A stretch of DNA of 53,496 nucleotides from an uncultured Methanospirillum sp. (GTDB taxonomy: Archaea > Halobacteriota > Methanomicrobia > Methanomicrobiales > Methanospirillaceae), in NCBI GenBank assembly GCA_964637135.1, contig CAZWTX010000016.1, positions 1-53,496 of the forward strand, read 5' to 3'. The notes beneath the pieces are model-generated. The model saw nothing but the letters and a program-made list of their open reading frames with translations. It was not told the origin of the DNA and ran no database searches. The position numbers were made by a program, and so were the translations under genes. Shown one piece after another: positions 27,582 through 37,307 of the stretch; the first letter of the stretch is position 1, and every line of letters begins with the position of its first letter.

Positions 27582-28766
27582 ATGGAAGGACCGAATCTGG
27601 TAATGGTGCCGGAAAAGACCCGGCGGCAGATTTTTCTCTCTCTCTACGGTGCGGTTTTTGCAACAATGCTTGGGATAGGGATTGTCATTCCCCTCCTTCC
27701 CGGATATGCGGAGAGCCTGGGAGCATCAGGGTTCTGGATCGGCCTGATTTTTTCATCGTTTGCCCTTGCACGGGTTCTCTTCATGCCACTCTTCGGGAAG
27801 AGATCTGATGAATCCGGCCGGAAAATTCTGATTATCTCCGGTCTGGTACTCTATGCCGTCTTTTCACTCCTCTATATCTGGGCCGATACGGTATTCAGCC
27901 TCATTGCAATACGGTTTGTGCATGGCATCTCATCGGCAATGGTATTTCCGATAGCCCTTGCCTATATCAGCGATATTGCGCCAAAAGGGTCAGAGGGAAA
28001 ATACATGGGTTCCTTCACGAGTTGCATGTTTCTAGGAATGGGCCTCGGGCCGCTGATCGGCGGGACACTTACCGATTTCTTCGGCATAGATTACGCATTC
28101 GGGGCGATGACCCTTCTGACCACTTCTGCCCTGTTTACCTGTCTTTTCTTCCTCCCTGATGTGAATGGTTCTGACCGGAGAAGGGTATCATTCAGGCAGG
28201 TTTTTTCTTATCCGGGCCTTCGGATACCGTTTTTTTACCAGATGATCAATGCATTTGCAAATGGTACCTTTCTTGTTTTTTTACCGGTGATCGCTGCCCA
28301 CGTCGGTTCGTTAACACCCGGTGAGACGGGAATAATCATTTCTATCTCCATTCTTCTCAATGCATTGATTCAGACCTGTCTTGGAAGTATTGCAGACCGG
28401 TTTAACAAGTATTCCCTGATCTGTCTTGGAAGCATTTTGATCGGGACAGCCCTCGCAATGGTCCCGGTATTCGAGGGTTTTTATGTCTATGTGTTCTTTT
28501 CACTCCTCATGGGTATTGGCGGAGGTATATCTGTTCCGGCGATGTATGCCCTGATCACGATAGCAGGACGCGAAGTAGGTCCGGGTGCTGCCATGGGGGT
28601 GGTTAATATGATCATGAGTGGGGGGATGATCATATCTCCCCTCATTTGTGGTGCAATAATGGATTCTGCAGGTATTGCTGACGTTTTTTATCTATCGGCC
28701 ACTATCGTTCTTCTTGCGGCCCCGGTCTTCCTTGTAGGAAGCAGGGTTGATCACTCCACCCGGTGA
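27582..28766 (+). CDS. MFS transporter (DHA1-like)
   Basis: GKRSDESGRK motif A, RFVHG and GPLIGG; about 12 TMs. Confidence 0.92.
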   Translation: MEGPNLVMVPEKTRRQIFLSLYGAVFATMLGIGIVIPLLPGYAESLGASGFWIGLIFSSFALARVLFMPLFGKRSDESGRKILIISGLVLYAVFSLLYIWADTVFSLIAIRFVHGISSAMVFPIALAYISDIAPKGSEGKYMGSFTSCMFLGMGLGPLIGGTLTDFFGIDYAFGAMTLLTTSALFTCLFFLPDVNGSDRRRVSFRQVFSYPGLRIPFFYQMINAFANGTFLVFLPVIAAHVGSLTPGETGIIISISILLNALIQTCLGSIADRFNKYSLICLGSILIGTALAMVPVFEGFYVYVFFSLLMGIGGGISVPAMYALITIAGREVGPGAAMGVVNMIMSGGMIISPLICGAIMDSAGIADVFYLSATIVLLAAPVFLVGSRVDHSTR

Positions 28767-28930
28767 CCATCTTATAACCAGAGAATTGATGGGGGAGCAG
28801 AGATCTCATTTTATATAGATGATTGCTGCATGAGAACATGCAGAATATTCTGGTATTCCGGCATTCTTCTGGTGGGGGTACGGAATATCTGGAGAGTTCA
28901 CGGAAAACGTGGTTTTCACCGGATATTACC

Positions 28931-30619
28931 ATGATACAGGGAAAGAGAGAGCCGGCCGGTTCACTGGTTACTGATCAGTCCGGACGGATTCTGGAGGTAT
29001 CTAAGCGATCAGTCGAGATACTGGAGAAAAGACCCGAAGATCTGACTGGGATGCTCTTTTCTGATCTGATTGATCTCTCCGATCCCCGCATATGGCATGC
29101 ATTCCTGAGCCGGCCCGGTGATACCGGGGACATCTCCTTTTCCGCCAGGATACGTGATTCGTCGCGTGAAGCAGAGATATTCTGCACATGGCTGTATTCC
29201 AATGGAAAACCGGGATATCAGGTACTCATCTCTATTACCCCGATAGAGATTCGCGAAGACCGGATTGTGGGGGTTCGCCGGGAGATGAGAGATTTTATCG
29301 GTCTTCTTCCGGAAAGTGCACTGATTCTCTCTGCAAAAGGGATCATCCTCGCAGCAAACGATCATGCCGCACATCTCTTCAGGACTCACCTGAATTCACT
29401 GGCTGGAACATCTCTAATCAGCCGGACGGCACACCATGAACGAAAGAGGTTCGCTGCCCTCCTTAAAAAGGAGAGAGATCCCGGAAGACCGGTGAGTCGT
29501 GAACTGGATTTCCTCACCACTGATAACCGGGTAGTATCATCCCGGATCAGAATGACGACCATCAGGGCAGATGACCAGCAGCAGATCCTCATGCTGGTTT
29601 CAGACATCACCCGTGATAAACAGATGGAAGATGAGATCCATCATCTGGCCTCTATTCCGCGTCTGAACCCGTACCCGGTGATTGAGTTCTCTTTTGAAAA
29701 AGAGATTCTGTATGCAAACCAGGCATCGTATGATACCCTCGCAGAAAATGGTCTTTCACCTGATCCGATCCTTCTTTTCCCGGATGATATCGACGACATC
29801 CTGGCGGAGGTCAGTGAAAACCTCCTTGTTCCGGTATTATTCAGGAGAGAAGTCGGGCGGGGGGGGAAGGTCTTCTCCCTGACCATTCACTACCTTCCGG
29901 ATTTTGTCACGTTCAGGTTGTATGGGGAAGACATTACCCAGCAGGTAAAAACCCGGAGAGATCTCGAGCAGGCTGTCCAGAAACTGAACCTTCTCTCTTC
30001 GATTACGAGACATGATATCAAGAACAATCTCCAGGCACTCCGCGGATATCTGGGTCTTGTGATGGGTCATGTCGGGGACAGTACCCTTGAAGGGTACCTT
30101 TCACAGGTTGATAATGCAGCAAAATCGATAAACCAGCAGATTGACTTCTCCCGTGATTACCAACTGGTCGGCGTCCATGCACCGGTATGGCAGGATATCC
30201 CATGGATAATCACCGAGGCAATGGGACGTTTTGATCTCAATGCCCTCGAACTCGTGAGGGATACCGGTCCGATTGAGGTCTATGCAGACCCGATGCTGGT
30301 GAAAATCTTCTACAATCTTATTGACAATTCGATACGGCATGGAAAAACGGTAACAAGGATCATTATCAACAGCAGGATAGAGAACAATCTCGTGATCACG
30401 TATACTGATGACGGGGCAGGTGTACCCGCGAAGAAGCGGGAGAAGATCTTCACCCCAGGACGAACAACCGGTGGCGGGCATGGTCTCTTTCTTGTACGCG
30501 AGATCCTGGCAATCACCGGGATCACCATCCGTGAGACCGGGACCCCGGGATCAGGGGCACGGTTCGAGATTATCGTTCCTGAAGGAATGTTCCGGCCTTC
30601 GACCCGAAAACAGTCCTAA
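28931..30619 (+). CDS. Multi-PAS sensor histidine kinase
   Basis: PAS repeats (…SDITRDK, …EDITQ), RHDIKN H-box, NLIDNS, DDGAG and GHGLFL boxes. Confidence 0.92.
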   Translation: MIQGKREPAGSLVTDQSGRILEVSKRSVEILEKRPEDLTGMLFSDLIDLSDPRIWHAFLSRPGDTGDISFSARIRDSSREAEIFCTWLYSNGKPGYQVLISITPIEIREDRIVGVRREMRDFIGLLPESALILSAKGIILAANDHAAHLFRTHLNSLAGTSLISRTAHHERKRFAALLKKERDPGRPVSRELDFLTTDNRVVSSRIRMTTIRADDQQQILMLVSDITRDKQMEDEIHHLASIPRLNPYPVIEFSFEKEILYANQASYDTLAENGLSPDPILLFPDDIDDILAEVSENLLVPVLFRREVGRGGKVFSLTIHYLPDFVTFRLYGEDITQQVKTRRDLEQAVQKLNLLSSITRHDIKNNLQALRGYLGLVMGHVGDSTLEGYLSQVDNAAKSINQQIDFSRDYQLVGVHAPVWQDIPWIITEAMGRFDLNALELVRDTGPIEVYADPMLVKIFYNLIDNSIRHGKTVTRIIINSRIENNLVITYTDDGAGVPAKKREKIFTPGRTTGGGHGLFLVREILAITGITIRETGTPGSGARFEIIVPEGMFRPSTRKQS

Positions 30620-30702
30620 ATTCTGGAATTTCGGATGGTTTTCCGTACAGATCTCTCATATGAATCCGGAGATCTGATAATCTCAGGAGATGACTACTGG
30701 TT

Positions 30703-31557
30703 ATGAGATCTGGCAGCCTGTTATTATGCCTCATATGTCTTACCGGTGGACTAACCGGGTTTGTATCTGCGGATGATACCGGCATTCTTACCATCGGTGA
30801 TATTTCCATTGAAGATGGCCTGGTCAGTACCGGCATCACCCTGGCTCCTCCCGATGACGTGACAGAGCCGGTCTATGTTGCTCTCTATACCCGGCCTTCT
30901 GCCGATTGCGGGTTATCCCGCTTCTTCACCTGGGTATTGATCCCGCCATCTTTTTTTGGGAAGGAAATTGTTGTCCGGGCACCGGTTACTGAAGGGATTG
31001 TTGCAAAGGAACTCTTCATGGTGGCAGTGGCCGAGATTGATAATCTTCCTGCACCCTGTGCTGAACCTGCCGTGATATCAGAACCATTTACTGTTCCCGG
31101 TGAGATTCAGCCAAACCTGAATGTCTCATTCACGGCAATTCCGGGAGATACCGCCGGACCGGAATTCAGGGTGGATAATCTCGCGTTCATCGATCTCACG
31201 TCCAGGGTTCACCGGGGTGACTCCCTCATCTGCAGGATGGAAGTAACCAATACCGGATCAGCAGATACCACCAATGCGCCTGTCCAGGTGAACGGGTACC
31301 TTGGTACCAGGGAAGTTCCTCCGGCTGTCGGAACCTTTACTCCTCCTGCCCCGGGCATGTCCACAACCGCAACACTCAGGTACACGGTCCCCCTGGATCT
31401 CTCGTACCGCTCATATCCACTCACCCTCATCATTGATCCGTTTGCGGTTCACAGCGGTTCACCGGAAGGCAAAGTAAAACGGGTGCCTGGTCTTGTCAAT
31501 CTCGCCGACCCGGGCACGCTCTCGCTCGCCGGCGAATGTACCAACTGCTGGACCTGA
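30703..31557 (+). CDS. Secreted hypothetical protein with CARDB-like domain and terminal CxxC
   Basis: Signal peptide, VTNTGS...Y.LTLIIDP CARDB-like pattern, and the C-terminus ECTNCWT. Confidence 0.7.
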   Translation: MRSGSLLLCLICLTGGLTGFVSADDTGILTIGDISIEDGLVSTGITLAPPDDVTEPVYVALYTRPSADCGLSRFFTWVLIPPSFFGKEIVVRAPVTEGIVAKELFMVAVAEIDNLPAPCAEPAVISEPFTVPGEIQPNLNVSFTAIPGDTAGPEFRVDNLAFIDLTSRVHRGDSLICRMEVTNTGSADTTNAPVQVNGYLGTREVPPAVGTFTPPAPGMSTTATLRYTVPLDLSYRSYPLTLIIDPFAVHSGSPEGKVKRVPGLVNLADPGTLSLAGECTNCWT

Positions 31558-31618
31558 ACATCCCCCGGGCTTTCTTTTTTCGCTGACATTATCCTTTCTG
31601 GTCACAAATGAGTTCAGG

Positions 31619-32377
31619 ATGACACTGGACGAAGTAACGATCAGCCGGGCGATCATCTCCACGCACATGGAGACCCTTCTTGATTTCATGGAGATGGATG
31701 TTGCCATCGTCGGGGGTGGGCCGTCAGGCCTTACCTGTGCCGCCATCCTTGGCGAGGCCGGGTACAAGGTCGGTCTGATCGAGAAGAAACTCTCCATCGG
31801 CGGAGGGATGTGGGGAGGTGGCATGATGTTCCCCCGGATTGTCGTCCAGCAGGAGGCAACACGGCTGCTTGATCGGTTCGGGATCAGGCACCAGGAATAT
31901 GAACCCGGCTACCACGTGGCTCGATCCGTGGAAGCCGTTGCAAAACTCATATCTGCAGCCGCAGAGGGAGAAGTTGAATTCTTCAACCTCACCACGGTTG
32001 AGGACGTAATGGTAAAGGGAGACGGCAGGGTCTCCGGGCTCGTTATTAACTGGCAACCCGTTGAAGCAACCGGTCTCCATGTTGATCCCCTCACGCTCTC
32101 ATCGAAATATACCGTGGATGCCACCGGTCATGATGCCGTTGTGGCCGGGTTTGTTGCGAAAAAGTGCCCCGGACTGACGATCCAGGGAGAGAAAACCATG
32201 TGGGCGGACCAGGCAGAATCTTCGGTTGTCAGTCATACCCGGGAGATCTATCCCGGTCTGTTTGTCTGCGGGATGGCCGGTGCTGCGGTATCCGCAGGCC
32301 ACCGGATGGGGCCGGTATTCGGGGGCATGCTTCTCTCCGGTGAAAAGGCAGCACAGGACCTGATACAGCGCCTGTGA
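31619..32377 (+). CDS. thi4: Sulfide-dependent adenosine diphosphate thiazole synthase
   Basis: GGGPSG, GGGMWGGG, GLHVDP (His at the Cys position), DATGHD and RMGPVFGGMLLSG motifs. Confidence 0.95.
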   Translation: MTLDEVTISRAIISTHMETLLDFMEMDVAIVGGGPSGLTCAAILGEAGYKVGLIEKKLSIGGGMWGGGMMFPRIVVQQEATRLLDRFGIRHQEYEPGYHVARSVEAVAKLISAAAEGEVEFFNLTTVEDVMVKGDGRVSGLVINWQPVEATGLHVDPLTLSSKYTVDATGHDAVVAGFVAKKCPGLTIQGEKTMWADQAESSVVSHTREIYPGLFVCGMAGAAVSAGHRMGPVFGGMLLSGEKAAQDLIQRL

Positions 32378-32423
32378 ATATCCAATCCATATCTTTTTTT
32401 GAAAAATCAGGCAACCCATATAC

Positions 32424-33097
32424 ATGGAACCTGGCGGGCAGGAAGCTCTCGATGAGATCGCATATGCTCTTTTTGAACATTTTCTGAGCATGATTATATA
32501 CATCTGCTCCATAGAAAAGTCCATGAGAAAAAGACACCCCTGTTCAGACTTGTCGAGGAAAAGACTCCGTTTAAGGATATATTTGAGGAAATATACTCCC
32601 GGTTCTGCGATCAGTTTCCAGAAATAGGTGACTGCCTGAAGCAGGAATTTCCTGATCCGCACTCTATGTACGTGTTGATAACCGAAGGAGAAGGGGTTAT
32701 TCCCAGCCGGACCGAACGGTCACGATGGATCATACAGGACGCGCCTGATACCGATCCTCATGCCACCGAGGACGAGCGTGCCGGAAAATGGATGATATTC
32801 GCACCACCCGAAGAACTTGACGGGATCTGGAGCTGCATCCGTGATCTGACCTGGGAGGGAAAACTGGGGATCTCCTCGAAGGTATCAACGGCAAAACGGG
32901 ATCCTGATGCACGCGACAACCGGTGGGTCATCTTTGTCTATACCCGGGACTGGGAAGACGAGGCAGACGTTATGCAGGTCAGGGAAGAGCTGCGAAGGAT
33001 CGGGATCACTGACCGGATCGGGTATAAACGGAACCTTGAAACATTTGCAGGCGAATATAGCGCCAAAGGGAAAAAAGTAACGTATTATTCAGTCTGA
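32424..33097 (+). CDS. DUF1917/BLES03-type (eIF4E-like fold) protein, split by a frame break near 32480-32512
   Basis: The C-terminal part has GKWMIF, SSKVST, VIFVYTRDWED and IGYK. That frame stays open upstream of ATG 32666 back to 32477. The N-terminal MEPGGQEALDEIAYALFEHFL lies in a different frame, starting at 32424. Confidence 0.75.
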
Positions 33098-33100
33098 TTA

Positions 33101-33247
33101 TCAGGCCTTACGTTCCTTGTTCTTTGGACGGAGATTTTTATATCCGCATTTTCTGCAGGTTAGTGCACGAACCGGATTTCGTGCGTTACAATGCATACAT
33201 ACCTTTACGTTGAGAAGATGAGCTTCTGCTTCTGGAAAACGTCCCAT
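33101..33247 (-). CDS. rpl40e: 50S ribosomal protein L40e, missing from the ORF track
   Basis: [48 protein letters not shown], with a zinc-ribbon signature and GGAG upstream. Confidence 0.97.
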   Translation of the reverse strand: MGRFPEAEAHLLNVKVCMHCNARNPVRALTCRKCGYKNLRPKNKERKA

Positions 33248-33305
33248 GATATATACTCCAGCTTGATATCTGTCCTATATACAGGGTGTTTTTCCCACAT
33301 AAGAG

Positions 33306-33866
33306 TTATGGAAAACCATCACGGTTCATCCCTGATGCAAGCCAGTCCCGAAGGGCACGCAATCCGCGGCTCCGGTGTGATATCGCATTCTTTTCAGACG
33401 CATCCATCTCAGCAAGAGTTCTGCCGTTCACGGCAAAGATGGGATCGTATCCAAACCCCCTGTCCCCCCGCGGGCAGACGACTTCCCCGTCAATACGACC
33501 GACAAACGCCCTGACCTGACGCTGGTCAGCATAGGCAATGCCGGCTTCAAACCAGGCAAACCGATCTTCCACACCGTCCATCAGTCTGAGAACTCCCTCG
33601 CAGCCGATGGTGTCATGAACAAATGCCGCACAGGTTCCGGGAAACCCGTTCAGGGACCTGATAAAAAAGCCGGTATCATCGGTGATAACCGGGCGGTTCA
33701 GGACCGAATAAGCATATGAGGCTTTCCCTTTCGCCACCTCGGCAACCGAGAGGGAACGTATCTCCGGGCATTCGAGGGAAACATGCTCAACTTCTGCCAG
33801 GCCCTCCAGGATTCCTGCTGCTTCCCGGGCTTTATGCCGGTTGCTGGTAACAAAGGTAAGGTTCAC
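33306..33866 (-). CDS. rdgB: Non-canonical purine NTP pyrophosphatase (RdgB/HAM1)
   Basis: TSNRHK, DDTG, GFGYDPIF and KNAISHR motifs. Confidence 0.95.
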   Translation of the reverse strand: MNLTFVTSNRHKAREAAGILEGLAEVEHVSLECPEIRSLSVAEVAKGKASYAYSVLNRPVITDDTGFFIRSLNGFPGTCAAFVHDTIGCEGVLRLMDGVEDRFAWFEAGIAYADQRQVRAFVGRIDGEVVCPRGDRGFGYDPIFAVNGRTLAEMDASEKNAISHRSRGLRALRDWLASGMNRDGFP

Positions 33867-35425
33867 AGGTATCTCCCCCTGAGTTCGATCTCATGTTCCC
33901 GTGCAATCACCTCATCAGCCTCAGCACAGGTTGTCCTGTATCCCTTTATGAAGGCCTCCTTCAGGGCATCAGAGTGTGATGACGTACTTTCCAGGACCTG
34001 GAAGAGGACATGGATATCAACCCCCCTGGATTCAAGTTCATATGACGTAAATCCCAGCCCGAAATCAATCAGCCAGATCAGACCATCCCGCCGGATCATG
34101 TTACAGGTGGTCAGGTCACCGTGAATAATGCCTGCTTCGTGAAGCCTGCCAACGATTTCGCCTGCTTTTTCCAGATTCTCTATGGTTGGCTCATCGCGAA
34201 CCATTTTTCCGTCAATCCGCTCCATTTCGAGGATTCCGTCATCAACCATGCTGATCACCGGGGTCGGTACCCCCACACGTCGTGCATCCGAGATGAGCCT
34301 TGCTTCAGCACGGGTTCTCTCCCCGATTAACCGGGAGTCAAGTGACGGATGGCGGTATCGCTTGCCAATCCGGGTCTTGGTAGCCAGGGTGTCTGTAAGG
34401 GTCACTACTGCTTCTGCACCACGGGCAGAGGTCGACGGCTCACCCTTTCTTTTACGGGGTTCACTGCGCCATCCTACTTCTACCTGATCAGCCCGGTATG
34501 AGGGATTCACCGTTGATTCTGCAATCGGGATCGTCTGTCCGGCCTCCAGCATCAGCCGGCCGGTATATGCGATCATCGCACCGTTGTCACCGAGGTACTG
34601 CAGTTCCGGTACCGCAAATGCCGCTCCGCGTTCATGACACATGAGCCGGAGCATCTCCTGAAGACGTTTGTTTGCCCCGACACCACCAACCAGGATCATC
34701 TCGTCTTTCCCGGTCTGCGAAAGAGCCCGTTCGGTTACTTCGACACACATGGCAAAAGCGGTCTCCTGGAAACTAAAGCAAACATCCTGAATGGGCGCCG
34801 TAGACTCCCTGGCTGCACTTACGAGGCCTGAAAAAGCAAGATCCATTCCTTTTACCGTGTATGGCAGGGGGATATACGAACCTCCCGTTGCACGGGCTTC
34901 TATCTCCGGTCCGCCAGGATGAGCCAGTCCCTTGCTCCGGGCAAATTTGTCTATTGCATTGCCGATACCGATATCAAGGGTTTCTCCGAAGATCCGGTAC
35001 CGCTGTTGCATGTATCCCAGTACCTGGGTGTTTGCCCCGCTTGCATAGAGAACCACCGGATCGTCAAATCCTGAAGCAAATCTGCCGATCTCGACATGGG
35101 CGACGCAGTGATTCACCCCGATCAATGGGACATTGAGCGATGCGGCAAGAGACCGGGCGGCTGTTGCAACAATACGAAGGCAGGGACCAAGACCAGGCCC
35201 CCGTGAGAACGCGACCGCAGATACCGGTGGAGCTTTGGAGAGAACATCCTGGATCAACCCGGCTATGCATGCCGCATGATGCTGTGCCGCCTCACGCGGA
35301 TGGATACCTCCCTGCACCGGACGATAGGGGTCTGATTTGAGGGTGATAAGATCGTCGTCAAAAACAGCGGCACTGAGATTCCAGGCAGTTCCCTCGATTC
35401 CCAGTACCGGTCCTGATCTGGTCAT
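33863..35425 (-). CDS. kae1: Bifunctional Kae1-Bud32 tRNA t6A threonylcarbamoyltransferase/protein kinase
   Basis: GIEGTAW, HCVAHVE, GETLD and DNGAMIA motifs, fused to RGAEA...HGDLT...IDFGL. Confidence 0.96.
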   Translation of the reverse strand: MTRSGPVLGIEGTAWNLSAAVFDDDLITLKSDPYRPVQGGIHPREAAQHHAACIAGLIQDVLSKAPPVSAVAFSRGPGLGPCLRIVATAARSLAASLNVPLIGVNHCVAHVEIGRFASGFDDPVVLYASGANTQVLGYMQQRYRIFGETLDIGIGNAIDKFARSKGLAHPGGPEIEARATGGSYIPLPYTVKGMDLAFSGLVSAARESTAPIQDVCFSFQETAFAMCVEVTERALSQTGKDEMILVGGVGANKRLQEMLRLMCHERGAAFAVPELQYLGDNGAMIAYTGRLMLEAGQTIPIAESTVNPSYRADQVEVGWRSEPRKRKGEPSTSARGAEAVVTLTDTLATKTRIGKRYRHPSLDSRLIGERTRAEARLISDARRVGVPTPVISMVDDGILEMERIDGKMVRDEPTIENLEKAGEIVGRLHEAGIIHGDLTTCNMIRRDGLIWLIDFGLGFTSYELESRGVDIHVLFQVLESTSSHSDALKEAFIKGYRTTCAEADEVIAREHEIELRGRYL

Positions 35426-35430
35426 CAGGA

Positions 35431-35616
35431 TTACTTTTTAAATTCAGTGTAGCCGCACTTTCCGCAGGCTACCCGGTCCTTGTGCTCACCCATGAAGACA
35501 CCCGGACCACAACGGGGACAGTATCTCCGTGCGGGAACTGCAGTATTTCCTTCAATTTTGAAGTACGCTGATCGCTTGACTGCGGCTTTTTCCTTTGCAC
35601 CTTTTTTTGCTGCCAT
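35431..35616 (-). CDS. rps27ae: 30S ribosomal protein S27ae
   Basis: [10 protein letters not shown]...CGKCGYTE. Confidence 0.97.
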   Translation of the reverse strand: MAAKKGAKEKAAVKRSAYFKIEGNTAVPARRYCPRCGPGVFMGEHKDRVACGKCGYTEFKK

Positions 35617-35631
35617 GATCAGGATACCTCC

Positions 35632-35970
35632 TTAAGATGCCTCCGCAGCGTCATCTGACGGTGCATCCTGAGCATCTGCTTCAGACTCTTCTTCTGCGGA
35701 CATGCCGCGTTTAATCAGGTAATCGAGTTCGATAGTGTCCAGTTCTTTCTTGGACTCGTATACCCGCGCCTCACCGGTGATCTGCATAATGCCAAACCGG
35801 TTCTGTAATGAATCGAGAACCACGAGTTCCTTGGAAGCGTTGACCATCGCCGCAATCTTGGCATGTATCATCTTCCGTGACGGGGTGGCACCCGAGAAGG
35901 CTACTTTGAACCCGAGTTCTTTCCGGTTCAAAAGAGCATTCTGTTTGTCAGAAGTAATTGTAATCTCCAT
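35632..35970 (-). CDS. rps24e: 30S ribosomal protein S24e
   Basis: NALLNRKE, ATPSRK and FG....GEARVY motifs. Confidence 0.95.
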   Translation of the reverse strand: MEITITSDKQNALLNRKELGFKVAFSGATPSRKMIHAKIAAMVNASKELVVLDSLQNRFGIMQITGEARVYESKKELDTIELDYLIKRGMSAEEESEADAQDAPSDDAAEAS

Positions 35971-36006
35971 AGAGATCCCGGATCTGATTGGTTGTATAGG
36001 TATATA

Positions 36007-36513
36007 TCATGCGCGCAGTATTGGAGATTCACGGGTAAACAGGGCAAGAAGCGATTTGGCTTTCTCTCTCACCTCTTCCTCCATTATCAGGAGAACAACG
36101 CCTTCTCCGGGTTGTCCGTACAGGATCATGGACTGATCCGGGGCGTGCATCGCGAGCGGGACAACGGCAAGATCCTCTTCTCCTTTCACCTGGATAACCG
36201 TCCGTGGAGATGAAACGGCATCGGTAATAGCGATAATCAGTTCATCACTGATACAGCCGGGGGGATTTGGTACCGTCACCTGACGGTAATCAGGGATAGA
36301 AACGCTTCCATATGGACGTCTCATCGTCTGGCCGTCAATGATGGCAATGTCCGGCGGAAAGCCTGCCTCAAGGAGATTCCCGGTAACCACGTCACCGACA
36401 CTGAAAAAAACACGGCCATCCAGCAGAGGGTATACCGGGGTAAGGGAAGAGTACAGGGTACCAAAGGGTTCCCTGAAATGATGACGGTACTCCTCCGGGA
36501 GATACAGCATCAA
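36007..36513 (-). CDS. GTP-dependent dephospho-CoA kinase (DUF359)
   Basis: VGDVV, DGQTMR, NPPG, GEEDL and YGQPGEG motifs; conserved operon position. Confidence 0.92.
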   Translation of the reverse strand: MMLYLPEEYRHHFREPFGTLYSSLTPVYPLLDGRVFFSVGDVVTGNLLEAGFPPDIAIIDGQTMRRPYGSVSIPDYRQVTVPNPPGCISDELIIAITDAVSSPRTVIQVKGEEDLAVVPLAMHAPDQSMILYGQPGEGVVLLIMEEEVREKAKSLLALFTRESPILRA

Positions 36514-36713
36514 CGAACCTTCAGGGCATATCTTCCCGGAAGGGTGATATTCATCCGTTTTGCCACGGCGCTCTGTTCAGGATCGATAATGATCAGGTAT
36601 CCGGTCCAGTCCTGGGTAAGGTTCATTGTTCCGCATATGGAACAGGCAGTTCCCTCAACAACCCGGTGGCAGTCGCGGCAGACCATCAGTTGTTTCTTCT
36701 TGGTCGCCGCCAT
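36510..36713 (-). CDS. spt4: Transcription elongation factor Spt4 (RpoE'')
   Basis: CRDC...CSICG, DWTG and PGRYALKVR. Confidence 0.95.
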   Translation of the reverse strand: MAATKKKQLMVCRDCHRVVEGTACSICGTMNLTQDWTGYLIIIDPEQSAVAKRMNITLPGRYALKVR

Positions 36714-36715
36714 GA

Positions 36716-37288
36716 TTACTCAGCCCCTTTCTCCTTCTTCTCTGCCCGCATCTCTTCCTCCAGCCACGGTGCACTTCCAAGCCCTGCCTGCCGCATGGTA
36801 AGCCCGATCTTACTCTCCCTTGGTTCGCGCTCGTTCAGGCTGAGGGTCACAACGCGGGCCCTGACAACATCTCCAACCCCGATATGCCTCCCTGATTCCT
36901 GGCAGACAAGTTGTGAATTCTTCTCATCGTAACTGATATACTCGTCAGAGATCTGACTCACGTGAAGCATCGCATCAATGGGGCCGAGGCTTATGAATGC
37001 ACCGAAACTGGTCGTCTCAACAACAACCCCTTCCATGACCTCCTGAAGCGTGAGCCTTAAAACGAGCCCTTCGAAATCGACATCATAATAGACTGCCCCA
37101 TCCCCGGGCACCATTTCTCCTTCACCGACTCTGATAACCTTAGTAACGGCGATGAAGATGCCAATCTCTTTGTCGATACTCCCTTCAAGTTGTTCCTGAA
37201 GTACGTCGAGAATTACTGTAATCAGATCCTCACCGAGTCGGTGGGGAGGAACCCTGACCTTATCAACCATTTTCAGTCTGTAATACAT
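36716..37288 (-). CDS. rpo7: DNA-directed RNA polymerase subunit E' (Rpo7)
   Basis: VRVPP, GDGA, S1 domain (FGAF...LHVSQI) and IGLTMRQ. Confidence 0.96.
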   Translation of the reverse strand: MYYRLKMVDKVRVPPHRLGEDLITVILDVLQEQLEGSIDKEIGIFIAVTKVIRVGEGEMVPGDGAVYYDVDFEGLVLRLTLQEVMEGVVVETTSFGAFISLGPIDAMLHVSQISDEYISYDEKNSQLVCQESGRHIGVGDVVRARVVTLSLNEREPRESKIGLTMRQAGLGSAPWLEEEMRAEKKEKGAE

Positions 37289-37307
37289 GATATCCCTGTA
37301 TCCGGTC

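Noticed and set aside
32487..32512. Alternative splice register (helix AGCA/UGCU, bulges UGA and CCA)
   Set aside because: It would remove 18 nt, leave the frame broken, and has no inner pair.
32424..32627. 67-aa ORF as an independent gene
   Set aside because: Only its first ~22 codons look genuine; the rest is the out-of-frame reading of the DUF1917-type gene.
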